Shown here piece after piece: positions 9,305 through 19,871 of a stretch of DNA of 64,000 nucleotides. Numbering within the stretch: the stretch's first letter is position 1; every line of letters begins with the position of its first letter. Position numbers and translations under genes: made by a program. The stretch lies in the IMG/VR virus record IMGVR_UViG_3300042473_001265, positions 62,001-126,000 of that record; one strand, written 5' to 3'. The notes below the pieces were generated by a model. It had not been told where the DNA came from, searched no databases, and worked only from the letters and a program-made list of their open reading frames with translations.

Positions 9305-9568
9305 ATGACACAACAAAAGACATTCAACGGCGACCAAAAGATCAAACTGACAGCAATCATCAATGAGGGCATGCAAGTGACTCAGGAGATTGAAACACTC
9401 ACCGGCGGTCTCAACGACACCATCAAGGCCATTGCAGAAGAACTTGAGATCAAACCCGGTGTGTTGAAAAAGGCCATCAAATTGGCACACAAAGCTGAAT
9501 TTGGCAAGGCCAAACAGGATCACGAATTGCTGGAAACAATTCTTGAGACTGTGGGCAAGACATTATAA
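9305..9568 (+). CDS. T4 DsbA / GapR-like dsDNA-binding protein
   Basis: 87-aa helical protein with the pattern IKAIAEELEIKPGVLKKAIKLAHK, next to the DNA polymerase. Confidence 0.55.
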   Translation: MTQQKTFNGDQKIKLTAIINEGMQVTQEIETLTGGLNDTIKAIAEELEIKPGVLKKAIKLAHKAEFGKAKQDHELLETILETVGKTL

Positions 9569-9643
9569 GTACTGTTTTAAACAGCGAGTCGCTCACGATA
9601 CGAGCATGAATCACGGCCCACCGGCCATAAACGGAGAAAATGA

Positions 9644-12301
9644 TTGAGTTATGTAGACGCACTGTTTGATCGTGAGCACGATCGCATCCATGTTGTAGAA
9701 CGCCAAGGCGGCAAGAGAGTCTACAAAGAATATCCAGCCAACTACATCTTCTACTATGATGATGCCCGTGGCAAGTTCCGCAGCATCTACGACACACCTG
9801 TGTCAAGATTCAGCACACGCAACAACAAAGAATTTCGCAAAGAAGTTCGCATGCACGGCGGCAAGCAGTTGTATGAAAGCGATATCAATCCCATCTTTAG
9901 ATGCTTTGAAGAAAACTACAAAGATGCTGTTGCCCCAGAACTGCAAACGGCCTTTTTTGACATTGAAGTAGACTTTGACAAAGAGCGCGGGTTTTCTCCC
10001 ACTCACGATCCGTTCAATGCCATCACTGCCATTTCTGTTTATTTGAACTGGCTGGATCAGTTGGTCACATTGGCTGTGCCGCCCAAAAGTATCAGCATGG
10101 CTACTGCACAAGAACTGGTTGCTGAATTTGACAACACATTCTTGTTTGACAACGAAGCAGACATGCTGAAAATGTTTCTGGACCTGATTGACGATGCCGA
10201 TGTACTCAGCGGTTGGAATTCAGAGGGCTACGACATTCCCTACACAGTGAATCGTATCACTCGCATACTCAGCAAAGACGACACACGCAAGTTCTGTCTG
10301 TGGGGGCAGTTTCCCAAACCAAGGCAATTTGAACGCTTTGGTGCTGAACAACAAACATACGATCTGATCGGTCGTGTGCATATGGACTATATGCAGTTGT
10401 ATCGCAAATACACATATGAAGAACGACACAGCTACAGCCTGGATGCCATTGCCGAACACGAGTTAGGCGAGCGCAAGACACAGTTTGAAGGCACACTGGA
10501 TCAACTGTACAATCAACACTTCCGAACATTCATTGCCTACAACAGACAAGATACTGCACTGTTGGACAAGCTGGACAAGAAACTACAGTTTTTGGATCTG
10601 GCCAACACACTGGCACATGCCAACACTGTGTTGCTACAGACCACAATGGGTGCAGTTGCTGTGACTGACCAGGCCATTATCAACGAAGCACACGAGCGTG
10701 GCATGGTTGTGCCCAATCGCAAGCAACAGCTCACTGACGACAACACTCAGGCCGCAGGTGCCTATGTGGCATATCCCAAGAAGGGCATGAGTGAATGGAT
10801 TGGTTCGGTTGACATCAACAGCCTGTATCCATCGGCAATTCGTGCCATGAACATGGGTCCAGAAACTGTGATAGGTCAACTGCGACCCATCATGACTGAT
10901 CGTTACATCAAAGACAAAATGAACGGTGGCGCAAGTTTTGCAGCAGCGTGGGAGGGCCTGTTCGGCAGTTTGGAATACACTGCGGTGATGGAACAACAAC
11001 GCGGCACTGAACTCACAGTGGATTGGCAAGATGGCGAGACCAATGTGTATTCAGCGGCTGAGATGTGGTCCATTGTGTTTGATTCAAATCGTCCATGGAT
11101 CTTGACTGCCAACGGAACCATTATCACTTACGAAAAGAAAGGTATCATTCCCGGTCTGCTGGAACGATGGTATAGTGAACGCAAAGAAATGCAGGCCAAG
11201 AAAAAAGATGCCAAAGACAAAAAAGAAGAAGCATTCTGGGACAAGCGGCAACTGGTCAAGAAGATCAACTTGAACAGCTTGTACGGAGCCCTGCTGAATC
11301 CCGGTTGCAGATTCTTTGACCATCGCATTGGTCAGAGTACCACACTGACAGGCCGTGCCATTGCCCGACACATGGATGCTTACATCAATGAATGTATCAC
11401 TGGCAAGTATGATCATACCGGCGATGCTGTGATATACGGCGACACTGATTCATGTTACTTCAGTGCTTGGCCGGCAATCAAGACCGAAGTAGAGCAAGGT
11501 CGCATGGAGTGGAGCAAGGAAACTTGTATTGCTTTGTATGACTCAATTGCAGATCAAGTAAACGATTCATTCCCGGGTTTTATGGAGCAGGCATTCCATT
11601 GTCCGCGAGACATGGGCGGGTTGATCAAAGCCGGCCGCGAGCTGGTGGCAGATCGTGGCCTGTTCATCACAAAGAAACGCTATGCTGTAAACATCATTGA
11701 CCTTGAAGGCAAGCGATTGGACGTCAATGGTGCGCTGGGCAAGACAAAAGTCATGGGGCTTGACCTCAAGCGCAGTGATACACCCAAAGTGATTCAAGAC
11801 TTCTTGTTGGAGATTTTGAATCTTGCGTTGAGTGGAGCACAAAAAGAAAGCATCATTGAACGCATCCGTGAATTCAAATACGAGTTCATGGATCGACCCG
11901 GCTGGGAAAAAGGATCGCCCAAGCGTGTCAACAACTTGACCAAATATGCAGCAGAAGAAACACGCCAAGGCAAAGCCAACATGCCTGGCCATGTCAGAGC
12001 TGCAATGAACTGGAACAATCTGAGACGCATGAACAGTGACAACTATTCAATGCAGATTGTGGATGGTATGAAAACAATTGTGTGCAAACTCAAGAGCAAT
12101 GCACTGGGTTGGACCAGCATTGGCTATCCCACAGACGAACAACGCTTGCCGGAGTGGTTCAAGGAACTGCCGTTTGATGACGGATTGATGGAGGCCACTG
12201 TGGTGGATCAGAAGATTGACAACCTGTTGGGTGTAATGGAGTGGGACTTGCCCAGTGCAACCAACACAGAAAACACATTCCAAAATTTATTTGAATGGTA
12301 A
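9644..12301 (+). CDS. family B DNA polymerase (T4 gp43-like)
   Basis: Exo motifs FFDIEVD and GWNSEGYDIPY; polymerase motifs DINSLYPS, KINLNSLYG and YGDTDS. TTG start with GGAG Shine-Dalgarno at 9633. Confidence 0.97.
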   Translation: MSYVDALFDREHDRIHVVERQGGKRVYKEYPANYIFYYDDARGKFRSIYDTPVSRFSTRNNKEFRKEVRMHGGKQLYESDINPIFRCFEENYKDAVAPELQTAFFDIEVDFDKERGFSPTHDPFNAITAISVYLNWLDQLVTLAVPPKSISMATAQELVAEFDNTFLFDNEADMLKMFLDLIDDADVLSGWNSEGYDIPYTVNRITRILSKDDTRKFCLWGQFPKPRQFERFGAEQQTYDLIGRVHMDYMQLYRKYTYEERHSYSLDAIAEHELGERKTQFEGTLDQLYNQHFRTFIAYNRQDTALLDKLDKKLQFLDLANTLAHANTVLLQTTMGAVAVTDQAIINEAHERGMVVPNRKQQLTDDNTQAAGAYVAYPKKGMSEWIGSVDINSLYPSAIRAMNMGPETVIGQLRPIMTDRYIKDKMNGGASFAAAWEGLFGSLEYTAVMEQQRGTELTVDWQDGETNVYSAAEMWSIVFDSNRPWILTANGTIITYEKKGIIPGLLERWYSERKEMQAKKKDAKDKKEEAFWDKRQLVKKINLNSLYGALLNPGCRFFDHRIGQSTTLTGRAIARHMDAYINECITGKYDHTGDAVIYGDTDSCYFSAWPAIKTEVEQGRMEWSKETCIALYDSIADQVNDSFPGFMEQAFHCPRDMGGLIKAGRELVADRGLFITKKRYAVNIIDLEGKRLDVNGALGKTKVMGLDLKRSDTPKVIQDFLLEILNLALSGAQKESIIERIREFKYEFMDRPGWEKGSPKRVNNLTKYAAEETRQGKANMPGHVRAAMNWNNLRRMNSDNYSMQIVDGMKTIVCKLKSNALGWTSIGYPTDEQRLPEWFKELPFDDGLMEATVVDQKIDNLLGVMEWDLPSATNTENTFQNLFEW

Positions 12302-12305
12302 AGAT

Positions 12306-13289
12306 ATGAAACTAAGCGAACTCATTGCCTACCGCAATCAACTGCTGGAATATGATGTGGCAGATATACAGTATCATGCTCGACATAAATTGGCCGATGT
12401 TGTGCATACTGTGAAAAACAGTGTGATACAGCCGCGATCTTTCACGCAGTCGATAGAAGAAGATTTAAATAATCTAGTTGACATCTTTAATCAATTTGGA
12501 TTGACACTGGACGAGTTGGTAAAAGAACTGGATTCCTTAATTGAAACTGTTGAAAAGACCTACTATAAAGATAGCACAGCACAGTACAACGAAGAGTCTA
12601 CTAGATACGGTCATTTGTCCGACAGCACCAACGCCCAAGTCAACCAACAAATCATTGACCGTAGTCTAGCAATAAGTCCAGAAACTCAACAGATGCTGTT
12701 GGACAGAATAAAATCTTTTGTAGACTGGAAGTATGCTGGATTGATCATTAGACCGGGAAAAGAAACTTTCATTGATGATTTGGTAGCACTGGATCCATTG
12801 TATCTTGTTGACTACAGTCATGCATTGTTGGCACCAGCTCGGAGTAAATTCAATGCTGAGTATCAAAATAGATTAAGAACATACGAAGAATCTCCGGTCA
12901 CAACTGATGTGCTGGCTGCAATACCAGACAATCAACTGGGACTGTGTCTGGCATTTAATTTCTTTGAATTCACACCGATTGAAGTGGTAGAAAACTATTT
13001 GGAAATTATATTTAAAAAACTAAGACCTGGCGGCACACTGGCCATGACATTCAATGATTGCGATCGTGCTCATTGTGTGGCATTGGTTGAAAAAAACTTC
13101 TGTTTTTATACACCAGGAAGGCGTGTCAAAGCCGCAGCCAAGCGACTCAAATATCAACAGCAGTTTATGTGGACCGACAAGCTGAATCTCACCTGGCTGG
13201 AATTGCGTAAACCTGGAACACTCACTAGTCTAAAAGGCGGACAAACATTGGCAAAAATATTACCCAAACCACTTGCAAAATCTAAATAA
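12306..13289 (+). CDS. class I SAM-dependent methyltransferase-like protein
   Basis: C-terminal FNFFEF...IFKKLRPGGTLAMTF motif; start moved to MKLSE at 12306. Confidence 0.55.
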   Translation: MKLSELIAYRNQLLEYDVADIQYHARHKLADVVHTVKNSVIQPRSFTQSIEEDLNNLVDIFNQFGLTLDELVKELDSLIETVEKTYYKDSTAQYNEESTRYGHLSDSTNAQVNQQIIDRSLAISPETQQMLLDRIKSFVDWKYAGLIIRPGKETFIDDLVALDPLYLVDYSHALLAPARSKFNAEYQNRLRTYEESPVTTDVLAAIPDNQLGLCLAFNFFEFTPIEVVENYLEIIFKKLRPGGTLAMTFNDCDRAHCVALVEKNFCFYTPGRRVKAAAKRLKYQQQFMWTDKLNLTWLELRKPGTLTSLKGGQTLAKILPKPLAKSK

Positions 13290-13322
13290 ACCATATACAA
13301 TACACTATAGGAGAAATAAAAC

Positions 13323-14045
13323 ATGAAAGATCATTTACTAGACCTGGTTCAACACACACTCGATTTGGGTGTAATTGACTTGGTTAAAATCACAGGCGAC
13401 GACAAAGAAACAGTTATTGCTGCGGTGGCAGAAGACCGTTCGGTAGTAGTGGAAGGCAAGTTTGCTGGACCAGTGGCAGATTTTGTTGGTACCTTTGGCA
13501 TGCCAAATTTAAACAAGTTAAAAATCTTGTTGAATCTTCAGGAATACCGCGAGAACGCCAAACTCAGTATCACACGCAAGACCACAGGCGAACCAGATGG
13601 TATTGCATTTGAAAACGCTGCTGGCGACTTTAAAAACAGCTATCGCTTTATGGCCAGTGGCATGGTGAACGACCAGCTCAAGAACTATAAATTTAAAACA
13701 CCAACTTGGCACATTGAGTTTGAACCAACTGTGGCCAGTATCCTGCGTTTGAAAATGCAAGCACAGGCCAACGCCGAAGAAACCAACTTTCAAGCAAAAA
13801 CCGATGGTACCGACTTGATGTTCTTCTTTGGCGATCACAGCACTCACGCTGGAAACTTTGTGTTTCAACCAAACATCACAGGACAGCTCAAACGAGCATG
13901 GTCGTGGCCTATTGTGACATTCATCAGCATTATGAATCTTGCTGGCGACAAGATTGTCCGGATCAGTGATGACGGTGCAGCAATGATCACTGTGGATTCA
14001 GGACTTGCTGTTTATAACTACATTCTTCCAGCACAGAGCAAGTGA
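13323..14045 (+). CDS. putative sliding clamp / processivity factor
   Basis: 240-aa alpha/beta protein of gp45/PCNA-like size in the replication block; assignment rests on context and general pattern. Confidence 0.5.
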   Translation: MKDHLLDLVQHTLDLGVIDLVKITGDDKETVIAAVAEDRSVVVEGKFAGPVADFVGTFGMPNLNKLKILLNLQEYRENAKLSITRKTTGEPDGIAFENAAGDFKNSYRFMASGMVNDQLKNYKFKTPTWHIEFEPTVASILRLKMQAQANAEETNFQAKTDGTDLMFFFGDHSTHAGNFVFQPNITGQLKRAWSWPIVTFISIMNLAGDKIVRISDDGAAMITVDSGLAVYNYILPAQSK

Positions 14046-15604
14046 TGGAACAAGACAATCTAACAGCCAAGCAAAAAGATTACGCCATATTTTTGCCGGC
14101 TATTAGTGGATTCTACGCCACCTTTGTAGGCAAGCAGCGTGATCCAGTAAATGGTCCCTATGTGGAGCCAGGTCGTATGCCCGCAGGTATTCCTGATATG
14201 GAACAACTGAACTGGCTCAACAGCCAGCAAGCATTGTTTCCATATCGGTGGAGTCTGTATTCAGGTGGACACGCCAACTTAGATCTTACCAAACCAGACT
14301 GGTCAGAGGATATGGTTCGTAATCGTGAGCCTGGCACACTCGTGTTAGGCGACTCGGGTGGATTCCAGATTGCCAAAGGTCTGTGGGAAGGCGATTGGAA
14401 AGCCAACTCGGGCTGTGCCAAAGCACAAAAGAAGCGCGAATCTATTCTCAAATGGCTAGACGGTGTTGCCACATACGGCATGACTCTGGATATCCCTACC
14501 TGGGTTATTCATGACAAGAATGCCAGCGACAAGTGCGGTATCAAAACACTGCAAGAAGCAGTTGACGCTACCAAATACAACAACGAATACTTTATGAAAC
14601 ATCGTAAAGGTGTTAAAAATGGTGGCATGAAAGTGTTGAATGTTCTGCAGGGTGCCAGTCATGCCGACGCTGATCGCTGGTACGACCTAATGAAAGACTA
14701 CTGCGATCCTGTCAAGTATCCAGACACTCACTTCAACGGCTGGAGCATGGGCGGACAGAACATGTGTGATGTGCATTTGGTGCTCAAGCGTTTGGTAGCA
14801 TTGCGACATGACAATTTGTTGCAACCAGGTATTCACGATTGGATGCACTTTTTGGGTACCAGCAAGTTGGAATGGGCCGTGCTGCTGACTGTGATTCAGC
14901 GAGCAGTTAGAAAGTATGTGAATCCAGAATTTACCATTTCTTTTGATTGTGCCAGTCCATTCCTGGCCACTGCCAATGGTCAAGTGTATCACGAGATTGT
15001 GCTGCCACACAATGGCAAGTGGAGTTACAGAATGAATCCCATTGCGGATGACAAAAAGTACAGCACAGACACACGCCCGTATGGACAAGCAGTGGTGGCA
15101 GATGGCCTGGTTGATAAATTCGACGAAAGTCCCATCAGCCAACATCTGCAGATGAAAGATATTTGTTATTACAAACCCGGTGACCTAAATAAGATTGGCA
15201 AAGAAGGCAAAACAAGTTGGGACAGTTTCAGCTATGCTTTGTTGATGGGTCATAATGTGTGGTTACATTTGGAATCAGTGCAACGGGCCAACAGAGAATT
15301 TGATGCTGGATCAAGACCCAAAATGATGTGGGACACCAATGGCGATTACACCAAGTTTGAAGACATTGTGGAAGCAATCTTTGCTACACCAGATCGAGCA
15401 GAAGCAGAAGCCATCATTGAACAGTACGATCGTTATTGGATGGACATAGTCGGCACTCGCGGATTCAAAGGCAAGAAGGCCAAAAACGCTCGTTCACAAT
15501 TCAACGCATTGTTCGAAACAGTTGACGACGAGGTCGATGATAATGTACAATCACAACAAGCAATAGACGATCGAATTGCAATTCAAGAAGATTTAGGTTT
15601 ATGA
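14042..15604 (+). CDS. dpdA: tRNA/DNA-guanine transglycosylase superfamily protein (DpdA-like)
   Basis: TGT motifs DSGGFQ, TLDIP, LQG, HFLG, FDCAS and HN; no CxCxxC Zn site; same region as folE, queD and queE. Confidence 0.7.
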   Translation: MMEQDNLTAKQKDYAIFLPAISGFYATFVGKQRDPVNGPYVEPGRMPAGIPDMEQLNWLNSQQALFPYRWSLYSGGHANLDLTKPDWSEDMVRNREPGTLVLGDSGGFQIAKGLWEGDWKANSGCAKAQKKRESILKWLDGVATYGMTLDIPTWVIHDKNASDKCGIKTLQEAVDATKYNNEYFMKHRKGVKNGGMKVLNVLQGASHADADRWYDLMKDYCDPVKYPDTHFNGWSMGGQNMCDVHLVLKRLVALRHDNLLQPGIHDWMHFLGTSKLEWAVLLTVIQRAVRKYVNPEFTISFDCASPFLATANGQVYHEIVLPHNGKWSYRMNPIADDKKYSTDTRPYGQAVVADGLVDKFDESPISQHLQMKDICYYKPGDLNKIGKEGKTSWDSFSYALLMGHNVWLHLESVQRANREFDAGSRPKMMWDTNGDYTKFEDIVEAIFATPDRAEAEAIIEQYDRYWMDIVGTRGFKGKKAKNARSQFNALFETVDDEVDDNVQSQQAIDDRIAIQEDLGL

Positions 15605-16110
15605 TTAGAAAAGATCACGACGATTCGGTAAAGTTCTTTACTGGAACAGAAGTAGAACACACTCCTGCATTGGGAAAGAAAACTCTGTTTGTGGTGGGTG
15701 TGCAGTCAGTGGATGACATTGCTGCACACCTAACAGGCTGCGAACACATCTACTTTGGCGCCAACCAGAGTTTTCCCAACTATGACATCAATGCTCGTGG
15801 TTGGCTAGACTGGGAGAACATGATTGGACCATTCCTAGACCGAGGTTATCTATGCACCCTAGACATAGATGTCAAATCCGTGGAAGGCTTGTTAGAAAGC
15901 GGATTCACCGAACATCACAACTTCATTCCCATGATATCGGTCAAGCTGCCTTACATACGCCAGCTGGGCTACAACGCCACACTCAAACTGGACGACAAAG
16001 ACTTTGCTGCTACCAATCCTGGAGTGTGGTGTCACAGTGTACACAAATTACAAAGTCGCACAGCATTCACTGACTGGGATCAGTACAACAAAGACGAGGT
16101 AGTAAAATGA
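15601..16110 (+). CDS. hypothetical protein coupled to the dpdA-like gene
   Basis: 169 aa; ATGA overlaps with both neighbours. Confidence 0.65.
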   Translation: MIRKDHDDSVKFFTGTEVEHTPALGKKTLFVVGVQSVDDIAAHLTGCEHIYFGANQSFPNYDINARGWLDWENMIGPFLDRGYLCTLDIDVKSVEGLLESGFTEHHNFIPMISVKLPYIRQLGYNATLKLDDKDFAATNPGVWCHSVHKLQSRTAFTDWDQYNKDEVVK

Positions 16111-16397
16111 TTAGATGGTTATGGTCAAGAATGATGAAATGGGGTTGGGATTTCAACCACAATCTACAAGAAAACGATGTAGTCTATGCCCTAGGAAGCA
16201 GAGATGATGATAGTATTGAATTGTCAGACCCATTAACCTTTAGAATACAAACAGTGTTGGGCGGCACCTTGATAGAAACCAGTTATTATCATAGGAAATC
16301 AGAGGATCGTCGCTCTAAATTATATATTGTCACACCAGAAGAAAACTTGTCTGAAAGTGTGGGTAAAATTGTAACCATGGAACTACTACAAAAATGA
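16107..16397 (+). CDS. hypothetical protein
   Basis: 96-aa ORF with coupled start and stop. Confidence 0.55.
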   Translation: MIRWLWSRMMKWGWDFNHNLQENDVVYALGSRDDDSIELSDPLTFRIQTVLGGTLIETSYYHRKSEDRRSKLYIVTPEENLSESVGKIVTMELLQK

Positions 16398-16867
16398 TAC
16401 AAGCACAACGAGAAGCAATAGATCGCATCGTGGAAAAGGCCGAACGCAAAGTCTGGGTCACATTCCAAAAAGAAGGCATACATAAATACCCTGCGGCGCT
16501 GACAGATCCAGCGTTGGCCACAGGAGATGAATATGATGTATCGTTTTTGGGCCATCCTCATCGCCACATCTTTCATTTCAGGGTGTGGATCGATGTGTTC
16601 CATAATGACCGGGACATCGAGTTCATCCAATTCAAACGCTGGCTCGAAAACCTGTTCCGGCCTAAACATACCGACAATAACAATAATACGGATTCCGTTC
16701 TAAGCCTTGACTACAAAAGTTGCGAGATGATCGCAGATGACATATATATACAGATTGCACAGCGATATCCGGACAGAGCTGTGTGGATTGAAGTATCCGA
16801 AGACAATGAAAACGGCTGCTTGATCAAGTATGAACTTTCTCGTCCTAACCTCTCTTTAAAAATTTAA
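16394..16867 (+). CDS. dpdL: QueD-like T-fold protein, DpdL-like (candidate CDG decarboxylase)
   Basis: FLGHPHRHIF matches the LxxxHRHxF signature I recall for DpdL; also has SCE and VSED T-fold motifs. Confidence 0.6.
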   Translation: MIQAQREAIDRIVEKAERKVWVTFQKEGIHKYPAALTDPALATGDEYDVSFLGHPHRHIFHFRVWIDVFHNDRDIEFIQFKRWLENLFRPKHTDNNNNTDSVLSLDYKSCEMIADDIYIQIAQRYPDRAVWIEVSEDNENGCLIKYELSRPNLSLKI

Positions 16868-16906
16868 AAATTTTTAAATCTCATCAACCTTTAAAAAAGA
16901 AACATC

Positions 16907-17128
16907 ATGGCCAAACAACTCGTACAAGCCAACCCCAAGTCTACAGCAGCACTGGAAGAACTAGGAACCTTTCTGGAATTTTGTTGCGATTTTGGATATC
17001 GTTACAATGAAGCAGACCTGTATAACTTCAAAAGTTATGCCTGGCAGCAATACAACAAGTTCACGCAGGGTAAAAACGCTCGTGACATGTGGGCCGAAGA
17101 TGCTCGTAGGTTAAACAGAAATATTTAA
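16907..17128 (+). CDS. hypothetical protein
   Basis: 73-aa ORF with an AAGAAA SD-like leader. Confidence 0.55.
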   Translation: MAKQLVQANPKSTAALEELGTFLEFCCDFGYRYNEADLYNFKSYAWQQYNKFTQGKNARDMWAEDARRLNRNI

Positions 17129-17131
17129 ATC

Positions 17132-17998
17132 TTGGTTACAATATTTTTTGTTCCAGGAATGTTTGGATCAACTGTTGAATTTGTGCTAAGGTCGTATACA
17201 GACAAATTCAACAAGGTCAATGGAGAAGTGTTGTCGGATGGATCTATGCATTCATTTGAAAAAGCGTTTCACCCAACTGATATGGAATCAATAACTCCAA
17301 AATCTGTGGTAGATATATCCACCCCAATATATCCATTTAAAAAACAACATTTTCCTGAAATACTACAAGCGTTTTTGAACAATAAGCTCATACACAACAC
17401 AATAATACTACATGCTGATTCCTTACGAGCAGCCGAACTTAATATTTTATTTCAATATCACAAAATAGCGTTTGGTGAAAAACTAAACCTCGGCCTTGAT
17501 ATTTTTTGTTACAATAATACTCATGACATTGTAAACTGGAATCAAAATTATACTCACTGGGACCAAATGCAGTCATGGGAGTTGCGAGAATGGTTTAGTT
17601 TGTTTTATGTTCCATGGGTGCAGGAATGGATTGAGTCACAACATCAAGCGCCCGATACATATTTAAAAGTGTGCAATACTGATATACTGTATGATACTAA
17701 GAATACTTTCAAACGCATTTTTAAATTTCTTAATTTAACACCGACCGGCGATCTTGATTTGTTTATTGCTGATTGGACAAAAAAACAGCAATACATTGTA
17801 GACGAGTTTGACTTGTTAGATCGTATAGTTGATTGCTCTATTAATAATCAACCACTGGAGTGGCAACCCATTAACCTCATAGCAGAAGCTATTGTGCAAC
17901 AGAGACTACGAGCAGTTGGTTACGAAATACGGTGTGATGGACTAGATACGTTTCCAACAGATTCCAGAACACTTTACAACTTATTGGAGAAATGCTAA
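17132..17998 (+). CDS. hypothetical protein, weak sulfotransferase-like N-terminus
   Basis: 288-aa AT-rich ORF beginning with a beta strand and PGMFGST; start codon uncertain. Confidence 0.5.
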   Translation: MVTIFFVPGMFGSTVEFVLRSYTDKFNKVNGEVLSDGSMHSFEKAFHPTDMESITPKSVVDISTPIYPFKKQHFPEILQAFLNNKLIHNTIILHADSLRAAELNILFQYHKIAFGEKLNLGLDIFCYNNTHDIVNWNQNYTHWDQMQSWELREWFSLFYVPWVQEWIESQHQAPDTYLKVCNTDILYDTKNTFKRIFKFLNLTPTGDLDLFIADWTKKQQYIVDEFDLLDRIVDCSINNQPLEWQPINLIAEAIVQQRLRAVGYEIRCDGLDTFPTDSRTLYNLLEKC

Positions 17999-17999
17999 C

Positions 18000-18401
18000 A
18001 TGGGTGCAAGCAGAGAAAAAGATTTGGCAGACTTTGACCTTGAGCGTTTTGTTGACATGTTCGACGAAGCTATGACCAGTCAAGATCCGCGTGTGATGGA
18101 TGCGCTGCGCGGTCTCATGATGATAGTGCTACTGACTCGTCCTGAAATCAAAACAGAACACAGTCGCAACCATGGACCTCTGAGAAGATTGTTCGAAGAC
18201 ATGAATCATCTAAATAGACGTATGCATGACATGGAAGACAAAGTCAATAACATGGGTCGATCTAGTGATTCGGCTGAAAAATATGCATACACCCATTATC
18301 CTGACAAAAAGTATGCCATGACTGCTACACAGGCAATGGCCGCGCAAATTGATCGAGATGTATTGAACCGAGTACAAGGACTAAATGAACGAGAAGATTA
18401 A
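18000..18401 (+). CDS. hypothetical coiled-coil protein
   Basis: 133-aa ORF. Confidence 0.55.
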   Translation: MGASREKDLADFDLERFVDMFDEAMTSQDPRVMDALRGLMMIVLLTRPEIKTEHSRNHGPLRRLFEDMNHLNRRMHDMEDKVNNMGRSSDSAEKYAYTHYPDKKYAMTATQAMAAQIDRDVLNRVQGLNERED

Positions 18402-18672
18402 ACAATTTGCCGAACAGGCTAAAAAATATGCTCTTGATGCTATGATTAAAATCACAGACCGAGAACAAGCATTGAAAGTGTATTCGGAATCTTATGATAC
18501 AAAGTTCGCCGAGTTGATTGTGACGGAATGCTTGCGGCAGGTTGAAGAACAATACAAACCTGTGTTGGAAGATGAAGTCATGATGAAGGACACGCATTGG
18601 GGTGGATATGTCCAATGCGGTGTTGATAGTTATGTGGCCATTAGAGAACATTTTTTTGGAGTTGAAGAATGA
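18385..18672 (+). CDS. small phage protein of the MNE.I.E.A...KFAELIV..C...FGVEE family
   Basis: Paralogous to the ORFs at 59816 and 59989. Confidence 0.65.
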   Translation: MNEKIKQFAEQAKKYALDAMIKITDREQALKVYSESYDTKFAELIVTECLRQVEEQYKPVLEDEVMMKDTHWGGYVQCGVDSYVAIREHFFGVEE

Positions 18673-19871
18673 GAAAACTATTTTATTGTGGTTTGGAGTC
18701 GTATGAAGCAAGGTACACTCTACAACTGACTGAATGGAACCGTCGTGTGTTCGATCGTAGAGGGTTGGATGTAGTTTATGTTCCAGGCAGCACCATTGAC
18801 AACACACAAAGTATCAGCGTGGGACAGGTGTTGGATGCACACGGCCGCAGTTACTTTGGCATGAGCCAAATGATGAATCTTGTGCAAATGATGCGCCGAG
18901 GAGAAGTCACAAGTGAAGATGTGATCTACTTTGAAGACATGTTTCAGCCCGGTATCGAGAGCTTGCCTTATATTCTTGATCAAGTGGATGCGGATCAGCG
19001 TCCTAGGATCTATGTTCGCTGTCTTGCTCAGGCCATTGATCCTGATGATTTTGTTCATGTATGGGGCATGGAAAAGTGGATGGGCCTGTATGAAAAAATG
19101 GTCAATGAGTTTGTGACAGGTGTGCTTGCTACCAACGAAGAAATGGTTGCTCACATGCGTATTGCAGGCTGGACTGCTCCTATCTACAACATCTCAGGCT
19201 TGGCGTTCGGCAAGGCAGAAGTACTGGAACGCATCGGCGGTGCGGAAAAAGTCCGACCATTTGAAGAACGCCCTCGTCGAGTGGGTTTTGCAGCTAGGTT
19301 TGATCAAGAAAAACAACCGGGCTTCTTCATGGATCTGATTGAGATGTACGGTGAACTCACCACGGAGCCTTGTGAGTTTGCCATCTACTCCGGCGGTGCA
19401 TTGCGCAGCAACAATCCTGAATTTGTGACCCGTGCTAGAGCCATGGAAGCAGCCGGCAAGTTAAAAATCTATGACAACATAAGCAAGAATGAATATTATG
19501 ATCATCTCAATGACACTCGTGTATTGTTCAATTGTGCTTTACAGGACTGGGTTAGCAACACCGTCTCGGAAGCTGACACTCTTGGAGCTAATGTGCTCTA
19601 TCCTGCTTATCGTAGCTTTCCTGAAACTTTTGCAAACGATCCTAATCGACTTTATGTTCCCTGGAGCATAGATGATGCTTATCACAAGATGCAAAACTTG
19701 CTGCGTGAACCACATCACAACATGGGCTTGATCAGCGACTGGAACAACGGCACAGTTGATCGTGTGGTTGATATCATTGAAGGCCGCGGCGAACAATGGA
19801 ATCGTGCAGGCAATCGATATCGTGATCATGTGGCACAAGACAAATATCATGTGAGAAAGATCGAATCATGA
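18669..19871 (+). CDS. GT-B fold glycosyltransferase (GT4-like)
   Basis: C-terminal VGFAARFDQEKQPGFF and LFNCALQDWVSNTVSEADTLGANVLYP pattern. Confidence 0.75.
   Translation: MRKLFYCGLESYEARYTLQLTEWNRRVFDRRGLDVVYVPGSTIDNTQSISVGQVLDAHGRSYFGMSQMMNLVQMMRRGEVTSEDVIYFEDMFQPGIESLPYILDQVDADQRPRIYVRCLAQAIDPDDFVHVWGMEKWMGLYEKMVNEFVTGVLATNEEMVAHMRIAGWTAPIYNISGLAFGKAEVLERIGGAEKVRPFEERPRRVGFAARFDQEKQPGFFMDLIEMYGELTTEPCEFAIYSGGALRSNNPEFVTRARAMEAAGKLKIYDNISKNEYYDHLNDTRVLFNCALQDWVSNTVSEADTLGANVLYPAYRSFPETFANDPNRLYVPWSIDDAYHKMQNLLREPHHNMGLISDWNNGTVDRVVDIIEGRGEQWNRAGNRYRDHVAQDKYHVRKIES

Noticed and set aside
9640-9666. ATG at 9640 as the polymerase start
   Set aside because: It is out of frame and stops after 8 codons; TTG at 9644 gives the conserved MSYVD start with correct SD spacing.
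9644-12301. Intein or intron in the DNA polymerase
   Set aside because: The length (885 aa) and motif spacing are normal, with no splice-junction motifs.
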